From Octopus vulgaris (lineage: Eukaryota): a DNA stretch of 64,000 nucleotides. Shown one piece after another: positions 38,836 through 52,167 of this stretch (its first letter is position 1; the number at the start of each line of letters is the position of its first letter). The stretch is taken from assembly GCA_951406725.2 (NCBI GenBank), contig OX597836.1, positions 24,490,001-24,554,000 of the forward strand, written 5' to 3'. The notes below the pieces were generated by a model, which searched no databases, had not been told where the DNA came from, and saw only the letters and a program-made list of their open reading frames with translations. Both the position numbers and the translations under genes were made by a program.

Positions 38836-40395
38836 GTGTATGGAATATATACAAGCCCAATCGTGAAACAGCTGGTAAGAAGCGCCCAAACAAATAATGA
38901 ACGAAATTCAATAGCAACAACGATAACAAGAGAATATCCTGTTGCGATAACGGAGACAACGACATATAAGAATACGAAAATAAGTCTCCGGAATGACACA
39001 ACCATTTCAGGTGAAGAAATCACTTCGAAAGTAACTACACACACAGCATTAGCAAAGGCATCTGGAACGACATCAGCATCAACAACAACGAGACCAACAA
39101 CAAGAACAGCAACAACAACACCAAGAACAATAACAAAAATAGCAACAAAAATAGTAACACCAGCAACTTCAAAAATAGCAACACCAACAGCAACAAAAAT
39201 AGCAATACCACCAACAGAAACAGGAACGCCAACAACAAAAATAACAACTCTAACAACAACAACAACAACAACAATAGCAACACCAAAAACAACAACAGTA
39301 GCAACGCCAACCCCAACAAAAATAACAACACCAACGACAAAAATAGCAACACCACAACCAACACCAAAAACAACAAGAATAGCAACACCAGCAACAGCAA
39401 AAATAGTGACAACACCAACAACAAAAGCAGCAACAACACCGACAACAAAAATAGCAACACCAAAAACAACAACAGTAGCAACGCCAACCCCAACAAAAAT
39501 AACAACACCAACGACAAAAATAGCAACAACACCACCAACAAAAATAGCAACAACACCACCAACAAAAATAGCAACAACACCACCAACAAAAATAGCAACA
39601 CCAAAAACAACAACAGTAGCAACGCCAACCCCAACAAAAATAACAACACCAACGACAAAAATAGCAACAACACCACCAACAAAAATAGCAACACCAAAAA
39701 CAACAACAGTAGCAACGCCAACCCCAACAAAAATAACAACACCAACGACAAAAATAGCAACAACACCACCACCGACAAAAATAGCAACAACATCACCAAC
39801 AAAAATAGCAACAACACCACCAACAAAAATAGCAACAACATCACCAGCAAAAATAGCAACAACACCAGCAACAAAAATAGCAACAACACCAGCAACAAAA
39901 ATAGCAACAACACCGCCAACAAAAATAGCAACAACACCACCAACAAAAATAGCAACAACACCGCCAACAAAAATAGCAACAACACCACCAACAAAAATAG
40001 CATCAACACCGCCAACAAAAATAGCAACAACACCAACAACAAAAATAGCAACACCAACAGCAACAAAAACCTCAAAAATTACAAGTGCATCAACAATAAA
40101 AACAACAACACCAGACATATCAACTGGAGGTTTTTCAACTGATCAATCTTTCCCGTCAACCTCCGTGACTAACAACAACACAATGACGACATCTATGTCC
40201 AAACATGGCTCAAATAAAAAACATTCAGTGTCTACAGCAGCCATTGTCGTGAGTACCATCTTCAGTCTTGGCGTCGCCATTGGATTCTTTATTGTGGCAT
40301 ATAGAACCATCAGGAAGCGTTGGTTCGTTGCCGAAGGATATAACTTACTGGACTTGGAAGAAGTCACTACTGATCGTGAGCCGAAGAAATACTAG
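38836..40395 (+). CDS. Mucin-like type I membrane glycoprotein, large terminal exon (start exon not identified)
   Basis: Open frame of 519 codons after the ttgtattcag acceptor. Unique N-terminal part, (TKIATTPP)n repeats, unique S/T linker, TM segment AAIVVSTIFSLGVAIGFFIVAY, basic stop-transfer RTIRKR, 30-aa tail. Confidence 0.82.
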   Translation: MYGIYTSPIVKQLVRSAQTNNERNSIATTITREYPVAITETTTYKNTKISLRNDTTISGEEITSKVTTHTALAKASGTTSASTTTRPTTRTATTTPRTITKIATKIVTPATSKIATPTATKIAIPPTETGTPTTKITTLTTTTTTTIATPKTTTVATPTPTKITTPTTKIATPQPTPKTTRIATPATAKIVTTPTTKAATTPTTKIATPKTTTVATPTPTKITTPTTKIATTPPTKIATTPPTKIATTPPTKIATPKTTTVATPTPTKITTPTTKIATTPPTKIATPKTTTVATPTPTKITTPTTKIATTPPPTKIATTSPTKIATTPPTKIATTSPAKIATTPATKIATTPATKIATTPPTKIATTPPTKIATTPPTKIATTPPTKIASTPPTKIATTPTTKIATPTATKTSKITSASTIKTTTPDISTGGFSTDQSFPSTSVTNNNTMTTSMSKHGSNKKHSVSTAAIVVSTIFSLGVAIGFFIVAYRTIRKRWFVAEGYNLLDLEEVTTDREPKKY

Positions 40396-40897
40396 CATCT
40401 TCAAAGCGACGAACAAAATGTCAAAGCAAGGCCTAATAGAACCAATTCGGCCTATGTTATCGCCTTTGATTCCGGTCTTGCAGAAATCAACTTTGCCTTT
40501 CATCCGTCCGAAATCGATAATAAAAAATTGTTCCTATCAAGTCTTTGCAACCTATAACCATCTTTCAAATTTACAGTTTTAAGGCTATAACGGATATGGT
40601 TATTAGAAGGGGTAGATAAAAATAGTGGAGGATAAATGAAGCAAGAAGTGGGATTAAACTGTAGTAAGAAGGATTAAACTGGATTTGGGGGGAGATTAGC
40701 AAAACGTAGGAAAATTGAAAATGTAATGTGTTTCCTTTCTCATGCAGCAAAGAATGGCTTGAATTGGTTTTCTGTACGCGCGTGCGTATGCGGGGCCAGG
40801 CGTTAAGTTCAAGAACAGAACTTTTTGCATTACATTCATTCCTTAGTTACGTATGTTTCAACAATAAGCACTACACACACACACACACACATATATA

Positions 40898-41292
40898 TGG
40901 CTGTGTGATAAGTAGCTTGCTTTACCAACCACATGGTTCCGGGTTCAGTTCCACTGCATAGCACCTTGGGCAAATATCTTCTAATTTAGCCTCGGGCTGA
41001 CCAAAGCCTTGTAAGTGGATTTGGTAGACGGAAACTGAAAGAAGCCTGTCGTATATATGTATGTGTGTGCGTGTGTGTATGTAATTATGTATGTATGTCT
41101 GTGTTTGTCCCCCCACCATCGCTTGACAAACGATGCTGGTGTCTTTACGTCCCCGTAACCTAGCGGTTCAGCAAAATAGACCGATAGAATAAGTACTAGG
41201 CTTACAAAGAATAAGTCTTGGGGTCCATTTGCTCGACTAATGGCAGTACTCCAGCCTGTCCGCAGTCAAATGACTGAAACAAAGAAAAAAGA
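40898..41292 (+). mobile_element. SINE family A
   Basis: Full-length but more diverged match to the family. Confidence 0.88.
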
Positions 41293-41472
41293 ATATATGT
41301 AAAAGTTAAACGCATATAATGCACAAACAAACAGAAAACAGACACAGAAGGTCACCAAATCCTCATCAGTTATCAGCCAGAGGGTCAGACGCAATTTCGT
41401 GCCTTTAACGATAATAATATTGGTCCAGTCTGTTGACGCCGGGAAATAGTGAGCCAATGTACAGGAGACCAT

Positions 41473-41600
<128 letters not shown>

Positions 41601-41807
41601 GATTTTGTTATATTGATTTGAAATTTTGGTCCATAACCAATAAGTTCGGGAGAGGGAAACCGTTGATTAAATTGATCCCAGGGATCAACTAGTACTTACT
41701 TTATCGACTTCGAAAGGATGAAAGGCAAAGTCAATCTCGGTTGAAGTTGAATTCAGAACGTAAAGCCAAAAGTGCTGCTAAGCCCGGTGTGCTAACGACT
41801 CTGCCTG

Positions 41808-41869
<62 letters not shown>

Positions 41870-41871
<2 letters not shown>

Positions 41872-42716
41872 AAATGGAAAAATGTGTGCAAGAGAAATAA
41901 TATTCTGAAACTTATAAACCTGGAAACGTACACGACAACTTATTACATCTGGTAAAGTACAGAACAAGAAAATTTTTACTTAAAATATTGCGGTTGAGGA
42001 TAAAATTTCAAATAAAATATTTAGATTTAGAAAATATTAGCTTTTATTAAAACTAAACATTTTATTACAAGTTATTCTATTTGTTATGATTAGTTACTTC
42101 AATCAAAAATAATAAATAACTTAAAATATTTTTTGTACTTTAAAGAAATTCGTTTTTCAAATTATTAATAAATAATTAGAAAATTGAAAATAGGTTATAT
42201 AAAATAATTGTAGTACATAATTAGTTAATACAATAAATAGAATAATACAAAAATTAGTTATATATTACAGTAAAATCTACCTTTAACAACAATTTCACAG
42301 TAAAATTTGCTTGAGTTATTGCCTAAGTTATTGCCAAGTCTTCACATTTTTAGTCTTAACCCAATGCCTATTTTTTACATAATGAATTTTCCTACCATAT
42401 ATACTATTCTACTTTGCATAAACTTTAGCTATACATTCTGGATCTGATTTTAAAGTATTCTAGTGTGTCGATATTTTACCAAAATGATGATACCTTTTTA
42501 AATTATTATGTTACTTTGTAAATTAAAATCAAATAAATTTCAATATTCAAATTTTATCCTTAGCTGCAACATTCTAAGTAGAAATTTTCTTGTCCTCTAC
42601 TTTACCAGATGTAATAAGTTGTCCTGAATTTTTCCAAGTGTAATAACTCGTCCTGTACTTTTCCAGGTTTAAAAGTGTAAGCATATTATTTCTCTTGCTC
42701 GCATTTTCCCATGTAA
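41870..42716. mobile_element. Old AT-rich element with diverged inverted ends
   Basis: gcaagagaaataatat...acaacttattacatctggtaaagta...acaagaaaatt at 41888-41980 recurs inverted at 42575-42700. Confidence 0.55.
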
Positions 42717-42964
42717 TCCATCTTTTTTTCCAGGTTATTATGCTTATTAATAGTGTATCACTTCTTTCTTCTATAGTTAGCTTGAGCTTCAACTTGTTTT
42801 CTTTTCTTCATTTCTTCTTCATCCAATTGATAATCCCCACCACACCATCATTATCCATTTTGTTAAAACCAGGCTCCAATAATGAGTAACATTAAAATTA
42901 AAGCACGTAAGAAATATTTATTATTAAAAAATTGAGTACTTGTTTTGTGTTAGTATATATGTTA

Positions 42965-43030
<66 letters not shown>

Positions 43031-43237
43031 TATAGAAAATCTAACTTCAAGATGCTTTTAAATAATTTTAAAAATTTTAAATTTTATTTGAAAATTGCTT
43101 TTGGTTTTTGTATCTCGTTATTTAGTTACATAAAATTGTTTTTGCATCGATATTTACTGTAATCCTTCAGCTTGTTTTTCAGTCATTCGGTCACTCCTGA
43201 CGATCACGTGGTTTAATCAGTCCCAGCTAAGCATACA

Positions 43238-43617
43238 TCTTTATATATAAAAGTCAAGTTATGTGTCTCTCTCCTACGATTTAGATTCCTAACTACTCCC
43301 ACATTTTGCGGTGCAGTTTAACCAAAACCGGGTATCTTATAATCGTGATTCATATCGAGCCCTTCTGGGTATTAGCGCGCGTCCACGATGAGTCTACGAT
43401 TCTTAAAAAATTTACCATAATTTTTTTCCATTTTAATGCATTTTTTCGCTATTATATAAGGGAAGTAACTCTCTAAAAATGTCTACGATGAGTCAACGAT
43501 TTTTAAAAAATTTACCATCATTTTTTTTCCATTTTTAATGCATTTTTTTGCTATTTTTTTGGCTATAACTCTCTAAAAATGCTTACAAACCCGAGCAACG
43601 CCGGGCGATACTGCTCG
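43238..43617 (+). mobile_element. Non-autonomous Helitron (5' module B)
   Basis: a|TCTTTATATATAAAAGTCAAGTT ... cccgagcaacgccgggcgatactgCTCG|t. Confidence 0.85.
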
Positions 43618-44681
43618 TAAAATATATTTTAAAGAATATATTGAGTTATGAAGTAAGTTTTCTTTCATTTTCTGAAAGAGACTACAACGCATATAGTTAT
43701 AAATATTAAATCACATGGACATAATTTCTATATTACACCTCTTCACTGCACTTACCACTAAAGTTTCTTTGAAATGCTTTCAGTCACAAAAAATTTATTT
43801 TAGCACATTTTTTTCTGCCGAACCACTTTTGACCCGGTTTTCAGTATTAAAGCCCTCGGATTTGGGTATTTTATGAAAGCTTCGCAGTACTAATTTTCTT
43901 CTATTGGGATAGCTTAAAGACGAATTTAAGCCTTACTTCAAAATATGACCATTTTTAACTCTATAAGTATCTTTTTTCCAGCGGTACCAATATTTCGCAT
44001 TAAGATCTTTTTTCTCTAACTTAAAATAACGAGAGAGACAGAAAGCAATCTGTCCAACACTGTAAGCACTCTGCTAATTGGCCGCCCTGGTACACCCAAC
44101 ACGTATTGTATACCACAATGGTGTCCCTGCGACTCCGTCAAGGAGTCAAGAGCTCAAAATTAACAAAGGCCTCTGTGTGTGCGCGCGTGTTTGGTATAAA
44201 ATGATAATTCGGTTATTGAAGGTGCCTCAAAGGAGACTCATTGTTGCAATATGAGTTGATGGGACAAAATGGCTTCAAATTAACTTGAAATTTTAAATTT
44301 CTTGGGAGAATTTCGTCACAAGGATTGGTCCCTAGGCTGCAATTTACATTCTATTCCAAATATGGTTCCACGCTAAAACCACTGCTCTATTGGAAACTGA
44401 GACAACCTCAAATGGCTCGAAACAAAACATTATTCACCAATTGTCTAGTTTCATTCATCCAATCGTGCGACGTTTTCTTACTCCCACATCGTTTATCTTT
44501 TATCTCACACCTATTTATCCAACCCAAGTGACATTTTATTGACTCTACTAGGTGACATTTTTTTTATTCATCGACTCATTTCATGGATTTTCTTTTCCCC
44601 AGCACAACATTTGTTTCTAGTACAGTCTTGTTCTTTTGTCTCGTGAGCAATTGGAATTACGGAATTACAGTTTGCCGTTTT

Positions 44682-44906
44682 ACATCATGCTCGGAATGGT
44701 CAGTGGCAAGAAGGACATCATGCTCGGAATGGTCAGTGGCAAGAGAGGAAGAGGCCGACCAAGAACTCGCTGGCTTGACACCATCAAGAGTGATACCGGA
44801 ATGGACATAGCCAATCTGAAAGAAGCGGCCCAGGATAGAACTGACTGGAGGACACTGATCCATCGAGTAACCGAGAGTCGGCTTCGACTGAGCGGATAGA
44901 TAGATA
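44682..44906 (+). mobile_element. RTE/BovB-like LINE 3' end
   Basis: IMLGMVSGKRGRGRPRTRWLD...DRTDWRTLIHRVTESRLRLSG*, (GATA)n tail, and a 34-bp tandem duplication at the 5' junction. Confidence 0.88.
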
Positions 44907-45314
44907 GTTTTACATTTCGTTTTGGAATTATTGCAATATTTTTCGTTCCTTGATAAAATCATTTTTTGAGCACAAGACCATTATTCGTTCTTGTGTTATA
45001 GGAGAAACAAATAAACTTACTAAAAGAATCCTACTATGAAGCTTAGAGTTGAATGTATCCAAAAGCTCGGTGAAAAACATTAATAACCTCTGGATGGTTG
45101 AAACGGGCACCGACGCTTTTAGCTGTTCATGTGACCTGTGATACGAACTGCTCCTCATATACTAAGTGGCCTGTATACCTATCTATTTAACTCTTCCTCG
45201 ATCCTGCAACAATTTCACAGTAAATGTGGGATTTACTCAAGATGTCACACAAAGAGTGATTAATAAATTTGGCTTTGGTGGAGTTCCACTCAATTTCGAT
45301 CTATTAAAGCTTTC

Positions 45315-45550
45315 TGGTCAAGAGAGACTTTGAACCGAGCGGTCGTCGGCATCTTCACTATCTCGTCCGGCAGCTTATTCCACGGATCCGCAACCCGGAC
45401 GGAGAAAGCCCCTCTCCTTCGATTGAGATGAAATCGTCGCAGATAGAGCTTTTCGGAGTGACCCCGCAGCCGACGCTCTGGAGCAGGAGTGAAGAACAGC
45501 TCTTTCGAGAGGTTACACTTTCCGCTTATGATGTTGTGAGCAAGAATGAG
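45315..45550 (-). mobile_element. CR1-group LINE fragment
   Basis: Near-identical reverse complement of 22270-22510. Confidence 0.85.
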
Positions 45551-45981
45551 ATGGATGTCATCACGTGTAAAATGGATCCGGATGTCGTCCGAATCCCATG
45601 TAGAATATCTCCGATGCCAAGGAATAACAGGCTGTTTTCTTTTCTATTCAAGTTATGGCGAAAATAGTAGCTTGGGAGATGACGTTAAAAGGCCCTTTTC
45701 GTTCTGAGTTCAAATTCGAGAGATGTCGACTATGTTTTTTCATCCATCCGAAGTCGAAAGTATAAAATACCAGTCAAGTACTGGGACCAATTTCATCAAT
45801 TATCCCCTTCCTCTTACTTTGAGGTCAAGTCGCTGAAGGACGAGGAATGGTCAGAAGCATTAGAGTGTCGGACAGGATTGCCTTGTAGTAATGGTACCTG
45901 ATCTTTACATTCTGAGTTCAAATTCTCCTCGGGTCATATTTATTTTCAATCTATCGTTCAAGTACTGGTGATGATTTAATC

Positions 45982-46182
45982 CAGTGGTTTTCAACCAGAG
46001 TTCCGCCAGTACAGTCCAGGGGTTCCGCAAGAAGTTACAAAACTGCTAAAACCGGCAGTAATTTTTAATTCTCGTGTGCAGATATGTGTGCATAAGACTA
46101 TTAAATTATTGCACAGGGGTTCCTCGAGCCAGTGGAATGTTTCCTTGGGGTTCTGCTCCAGCAAAAAGGTTGAAAAGCACTG
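45982..46182. mobile_element. hAT (Charlie-like) MITE
   Basis: cagtggttttcaacc ... ggttgaaaagcactg with a perfect 8-bp TSD atttaatc. Inserted in an old SINE C. Confidence 0.9.
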
Positions 46183-46547
46183 ATTTAATCGATTAATCTA
46201 ACACCTCCCCTCAAAGATCTGGCCTCACACCTAACTTATTTCTCTTCGCGTGTGTGGGAAGGTCCTTCCTTCAGGCACAGCGGCCGGCTTATAAAAAATT
46301 GCTCGACTGGAACAGTAGTATTAAAGTCGGTTGACCAGATTTCATTGTATTTAACTGCAAACAACGAGCCGACAGTGGTGGCCAAGTGGAGTTGACAAAT
46401 GCGAAATGACGTTGACGAATTAGCAGCTGCACGGAATAATCTATTTTGCACATTTGACTCAGCGATGTTGTTTGTCCTCTGCGGGTCAGCGAACAGGCCT
46501 CAACGACACACGTATATATTAATTTGGTGCACTCGCAAACGCTGCAC

Positions 46548-46607
<60 letters not shown>

Positions 46608-46761
46608 GCACATACACACGCACACACACATACCCATACACACACATACACACATACATACACACACACATACACACACACACTTGCACACACGTACACA
46701 TAAATGCACATACACATACATACATGCACAGACACACATACACGCACACGTACATGCACAT

Positions 46762-46809
<48 letters not shown>

Positions 46810-46974
46810 ACACACACACTAGAACTTTCATGCATACATACATGCATGCATGCTTGCATACATGCGAATGTTTGAATATGTACGCGTGTGCGTGTGAGCA
46901 TGTCTGTGTGCAAGAAGTAAATTATACATATTCATACACACACGCACACATGTATATGTGTGTGCGTGTGTGCA

Positions 46975-47012
<38 letters not shown>

Positions 47013-47036
47013 CATATACATACATACATACATACA

Positions 47037-47068
<32 letters not shown>

Positions 47069-47839
47069 GTCATATGTATATACACACACACATATGTACA
47101 CACGCACACATACGCATATACGCATTCATATATAATCACACACTTACATGCATTCATGCACATACGAAAATACACGAAATGCCTTGATGACGAAGACAAA
47201 AACAAGATTCTAGCGGCATTAATAGTAATGGTGATGGTGGTGGTGGTGGTGGTGGTGGTGGTGGTGGTGGTGGTGGCGGTGGCCAGGCATTTGCTAAGTA
47301 AAACTATTTATATAAAGTCAAAATGAAACGCTTAAAGGTTGTAATGGTTCAGCGGTTTAGTTAAATGGTTACACACGTCTCCGTGGCTGGTTTCATGTTA
47401 ATCACCATCCGACGATATTTCAGGAATGCATCGAGTCCAGCTGCTGCCGCCGGCTGCTCTCTCTTGTAAATGGTGGTCGTGACCTCTACACTAGATGACT
47501 TCTTTACATTTCATTGAAACACACACACACACACACAAATATATATATATATATATATAAACAACCACATACACATGCATCGGGTATTTGGTTATATTGG
47601 GAAGTATTAATGTTAATATTCTTACGAAACCGGGTTGGTGTATGTGTAAGGGGGAGCGCGAGAGGGTCAAGCAGAGAGAAATGCATTCTGAGACACATTC
47701 TGCATATTGAATTTATTGGTGGTAGGGAAAATATGCAAGAATTCTTTTGTAAAATTACTGTTGCTATCTTAGTTAGAAACCAGCCACATCAATCATTCAC
47801 TGAAACCACGAGATAATTTATATTCCCCAGTCAACTAGA

Positions 47840-48380
47840 TCATTGTGGGCCATAGACCCTACCCCATGTAAACGCCACTCTTTCTGATAAGTCTCCTGCC
47901 GAAATTAAGCTATATTCGCCATTATGTTTCTTCAGCTGCCCTTCGATGGCTGATTTTGTCTCACTAATACCAATTATGTTGATTACTGAAACGCCCCAGT
48001 TCTCTGGAGACGGATGCTGACCGTTTGGTTGTTCAAACGACCGAAGATTCAAATTTATATTGCATTCTTCCGTTCGTTCCTCAAAATATGACCACTTCAC
48101 TCCGGATGGGGCCATCCAGTCGGAGAAGATGAAACAGGCTATGTCTGAGGTTTTATTACTTGTCACTTGCCAATGTACCTTCCTAGAAACGACTGACCCG
48201 GAGCAGCTGTAACTACCATAAGACTTGGTCCAAATATGACTTGATCATCGAACAAATTCTGTTTCGGCACCATTTCCTGTTGCATCCCCGTTCCCGGCGC
48301 CGAGAAGGAGATGGACTGTTTTTGAGGGACGTTTATGAGCGGTTTTTGTTTAGTGTGACAAACCTGTTGCACGTCTATCG
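47840..48380 (-). mobile_element. Degenerate LINE (RTE-like) 5' region and start of the APE endonuclease
   Basis: NLRS...INIIGISETK...G......EYSLISAG....VAF resembles the WNVRS / ILGISE / GVAF motifs of APE domains. Confidence 0.55.
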
Positions 48381-49420
48381 ATCCATTTCTCTATTTACCT
48401 TTTTCTCAATCTTTGTCTATCCCTTTCTCTCTCCCTTCTTTCTCACCTCTCCCTTCTTTCTCACCTCTCCCTCTCTCTATCTCTCTCTCAGTTCCCCTCT
48501 CTTTCATGTGTGTGTGTGTGTGTTAAGTATACAGACAGATAAGGTGTCCGGGCTAAATTTGAGAGTTTGCTAAAAAAAGGAAAACAAAGCACAACATTCC
48601 ATCCCCAAATTAAATTGTCTTTAAAAATCAAAGCAGGACTTCACCAATTTCAGAAAACTGACTCCTCTGTGGAAATAATTTAGATGTGGAATGATAGCTC
48701 AACAGAAAAGAAATAGGTAAATAATACGAGAAAAGACAAAGAAACGAAAGAAAGTAGTGTGGAGAAGATATTAGAATAAACAAGCGAAGATTAAGGATGA
48801 CCATTTAAAATTTGCATCTAACCGTTACGTTTGCTATTGTTTTATATCGTAATATTACCATTAACACTGATAAGTATCAAAGTAGGTAGATTGTAAAACA
48901 GAGTATCACTCTCTTTGACGTATGACAAAGCACACTCGTATTTAACTACCAGCGCCTCTACATAGTAGTAACTTTGTTGAATTACATCATATTAGTTCTG
49001 AATTTTTACGAGTAGTCAAACTGTTACAAACTCTAATAATTATTTAGATTATGATGGATAGCTTTATTGCCTTTTAGTGCCGAAATCACAAAAATTTCCG
49101 ATTAGGCAGCAGAAGATGGGAAGTTCTCTGTTTTATGTAGTCGGTTATTATTATATAGTCGCTCGTTATTTCTGTTTGCAGTCAAAGTCTCTGTAAATCA
49201 TGTGTTAATTTTAAATCAAGTAATTTTATTGATTTATTTTTTTCTTTATGTAGAAAATTTGTTGGCGTTTATAAAGAAACTATAGGTGGTGCGTACCATT
49301 TTTATGTGTAAATGCATTTTAGTTTGGGACATTGTGAAGTTTAATAGCAGGTGTGAGTTGCATTTAAAGTTGGTGATATAATTTAGCATGTTAAATATTC
49401 ACTTCAGGTCTTACTCTGCA

Positions 49421-49629
49421 TACTGCGGGATGCTAAAAGGTTCCTGGCTTTAAGGATATGCCGAAAGACCTGGTCGGGGGCCTAACCTCCCGAGTTCTTT
49501 TACAGGGCTTAGGAAAAAAAACTGAAGGATTGTTGCAATAAGCGTGTGAATCTGAGAAAGGAATATGTTAACTGATCTTCCTGTATTTTCTTTTATCCAA
49601 AATCAGGGACTTTCAGCAAGATCTCGTAT
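49421..49629. mobile_element. Degenerate mariner-type MITE
   Basis: Imperfect TIRs tgctaaaaggttcctggcttt / aaaatcagggactttcagca...ctcgta. Confidence 0.55.
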
Positions 49630-49652
49630 AAACTCAGCAAAACATTGCTTAT

Positions 49653-49701
<49 letters not shown>

Positions 49702-49702
<1 letters not shown>

Positions 49703-49848
49703 TAATCCAAACAAGAAAACACAAATAAACACAACAACGCAAGGACGTGGAACAAATAAAGTATTATTGGACGCTCAGGAAAGAAGGGAGGAAGGAGGGT
49801 TTAACGTTTCGAGCGGAGCTCTTCGTCGGAAACATAGGAGAAGGAAAG
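49702..49848 (-). mobile_element. Penelope-like terminal fragment with a variant hammerhead motif, in (TA)n
   Basis: Homologous to 17041-17234. Minus strand reads gttt-ccgacga-a-gagc-tcc-gctc-gaaac-gtt-aaac. Confidence 0.6.
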
Positions 49849-49851
49849 ATA

Positions 49852-49924
<73 letters not shown>

Positions 49925-49973
49925 GTATGCATATATGTATGTATATATATATATATGTATGCATATATGTATG

Positions 49974-50011
<38 letters not shown>

Positions 50012-50044
50012 TATTGTATGCATATATGTATGTATATTTATATA

Positions 50045-50084
<40 letters not shown>

Positions 50085-50504
50085 TATATTTATTTACATA
50101 CATACACACACACGAATGTGTGTGCGCGCGTGTGTGCATGTGCGTGTATGTGTGTGTGTGTGTGTGCATGTGCGCGTGTGTGTGTGTGTGTGTGTTACTT
50201 TCGTTGTGTTTACGTGATGCAAAAATCGAACAGAAAGTGCTCAATACACACCTGTGTTCCAAATGTGTAGAAAATGTTATGATTGTCTGATGGCAAAGCG
50301 GGTTCTTTCGTCACACCTATAGAATTCGTGATGTTAACCACCGCCAACTGCATGAAATCTTTAGCCATCCAAGATGAATCCGTTTAAACTCTACAGCTCA
50401 TAGCTATAAGTATGGGGTCTCATCACGGGGGTGTGCGGAGATGCACAGTAAATACAGAACTCCTAAGAGATTTTCAATGGGGTACTGTTGTACTGGGGGG
50501 GGGG

Positions 50505-50890
50505 GGAGCACTCCGTCGGTTACGACGACGAGGGTTCCGGTTGATCCGATCAACGGATCAATGTCCAGCCTGATCGTGAAATTAACGTGTAAGTGGCTGA
50601 GCACTCAACAGACACGTGTACCCTTAACGTTCTCGGGGATATTCAGCGTGACACAGAGAGTGACAAGGCCGGTCCTTTGAAATACAGGTACAACAGAAAC
50701 AGGAAGTAAGAGTGAGAGAAAGTTGTGGTGAAAGAGTACAGCAGGGATCACCACTATCCCCTGCCGGAGCCTCGTGGAGCTTTAGGTGTTTTTTCTCAAT
50801 AAACACTCACAACGCCCGGTCTGGGAATCGAAACCGCGATCCTATGACCGCGAGTCCGCTGCCCTAACCACTGGGCCATTGCGCCTCCAC
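50505..50890 (-). mobile_element. SINE family B
   Basis: Near identical to 6313-6696. Confidence 0.92.
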
Positions 50891-51274
50891 TGTAAGTAAA
50901 AGGCTACTGTACTACTACACAGATGTCTTAGAATACATCAAGAGAAAGCTTACTCGACTGATATAAACTCCATCACAAACACACTCACCCCTCTGATCCG
51001 CAAAACTAATCTTTCCTCCCTCTCTTTTTACTATCGCAACTGCAATGAGCTCTGCGCTTAGGAACCGGGTAGCTCTGTGTCACCCTTGGTTACCCGCTCA
51101 TAGCCATGCCTCTCGTTATCAATGTTGAGTTGAACCTCCAGATACATCACTCTAATCAACCGTCCAATCCTTACTCTAAAGAGTGAGCTCCCTTCTGAAC
51201 CCCTCTGTACGTCTTTCGTTTTGTCATCATCGATTTACTGCAGTATGCTGGGATTTACCACTCTCTGTTCGACA

Positions 51275-51563
51275 CCTCTGTTATCTTTCTCGATATCACC
51301 ATCACTATAAACAATATTCACTTGTCCACCTCTCTTCACTACAAGCCTTCTGAATTCCGTTCCCGTCTGTAAGAAAATGCGGCAATCATTCCTGAAAATG
51401 CGGCAATCATTCCTGAAAATGCGGCAATCATTCCTGAAAATGCGGCAATCATTCCTGAAAATGCGGCAATCATTCCTCGATTAGTTGTGAACCCTGCACT
51501 TCGCCTGGCCCTGGCCATCGCTTACACCTTTCCTCTTCTGCCCTCTGCAGACTAAATTCCACA

Positions 51564-51633
<70 letters not shown>

Positions 51634-51835
51634 CGCACACGCACACACACACACCTTCCAACCGTCCATCCTTCCGATAAAAGACAAGTTCCTCTGCAAA
51701 TTCCGAATTCTACTTTCTGATCCCACAACCGTTCCGATCTTTCTCGCTCCATCTCTCTCTGTCTTCAGGAGCGACAAGAACCTCGGAAATCTTCTAGTAA
51801 GAAGCTCTGTAGTGCCCACCCTCACAATAACCACT
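51275..51835 (+). mobile_element. Degenerate Penelope-like element (end of RT and linker)
   Basis: LSFLDITI...LSTSLHYKPS and ILLSDPTT.PIF...VFRSDKNLGNLLVRS motifs, interrupted by microsatellites. Confidence 0.65.
51373..51477. repeat. 21-bp minisatellite x5
   Basis: gaaaatgcggcaatcattcct repeated five times exactly. Confidence 0.95.
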
Positions 51836-51864
51836 CACTGGTGCGTTGTTCAATCATGTAATAA

Positions 51865-52167
51865 TCTTTATATATAAAAGTGAAGTTGTGTGAGTGTCTG
51901 TCTCCTACGATTTAGATTCCTAACTACTCCCACATTTTGCGGTGCAGTTTAACCAAAAGCGGGTATCTTATAGTCGTAATTCATATCGAGCCCTTCTGGG
52001 TATTAGCGCGCGTCTACGATGAGTCTACAATTTTAAAAACAATTTACCATCATTTTTTCCCATTTTTAATGCATTTTTTGCTATTATATAAGGGAAGTAA
52101 CTCTCTAAAAATGCTTATATAGTTATTTCCCTTGCAAACCCGAGCAACGCCGGGCGATACTGCATAG
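51865..52167 (+). mobile_element. Non-autonomous Helitron (5' module B)
   Basis: a|TCTTTATATATAAAAGTGAAGTT...cccgagcaacgccgggcgatactgcatag. Closely matches 43238-43617. Confidence 0.85.

Noticed and set aside
38832-40118. 428-aa (V/A/I/F/G) and 346-aa (poly-L) minus-strand ORFs
   Set aside because: Antisense shadows of the ACA/CCA-rich mucin repeat. Only the + frame has unique flanks, a TM segment and a sorting tail.
47840-48372. Novel host gene or selenoprotein-type TGA readthrough on the minus strand
   Set aside because: Further in-frame stops, no splice or SECIS support, and the peptide resembles a decayed LINE endonuclease.
51373-51477. CRISPR-like regular repeats (also 11931-12062 and 37435-38350)
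   Set aside because: Units are contiguous with no unique spacers, the context is eukaryotic and there are no cas genes.
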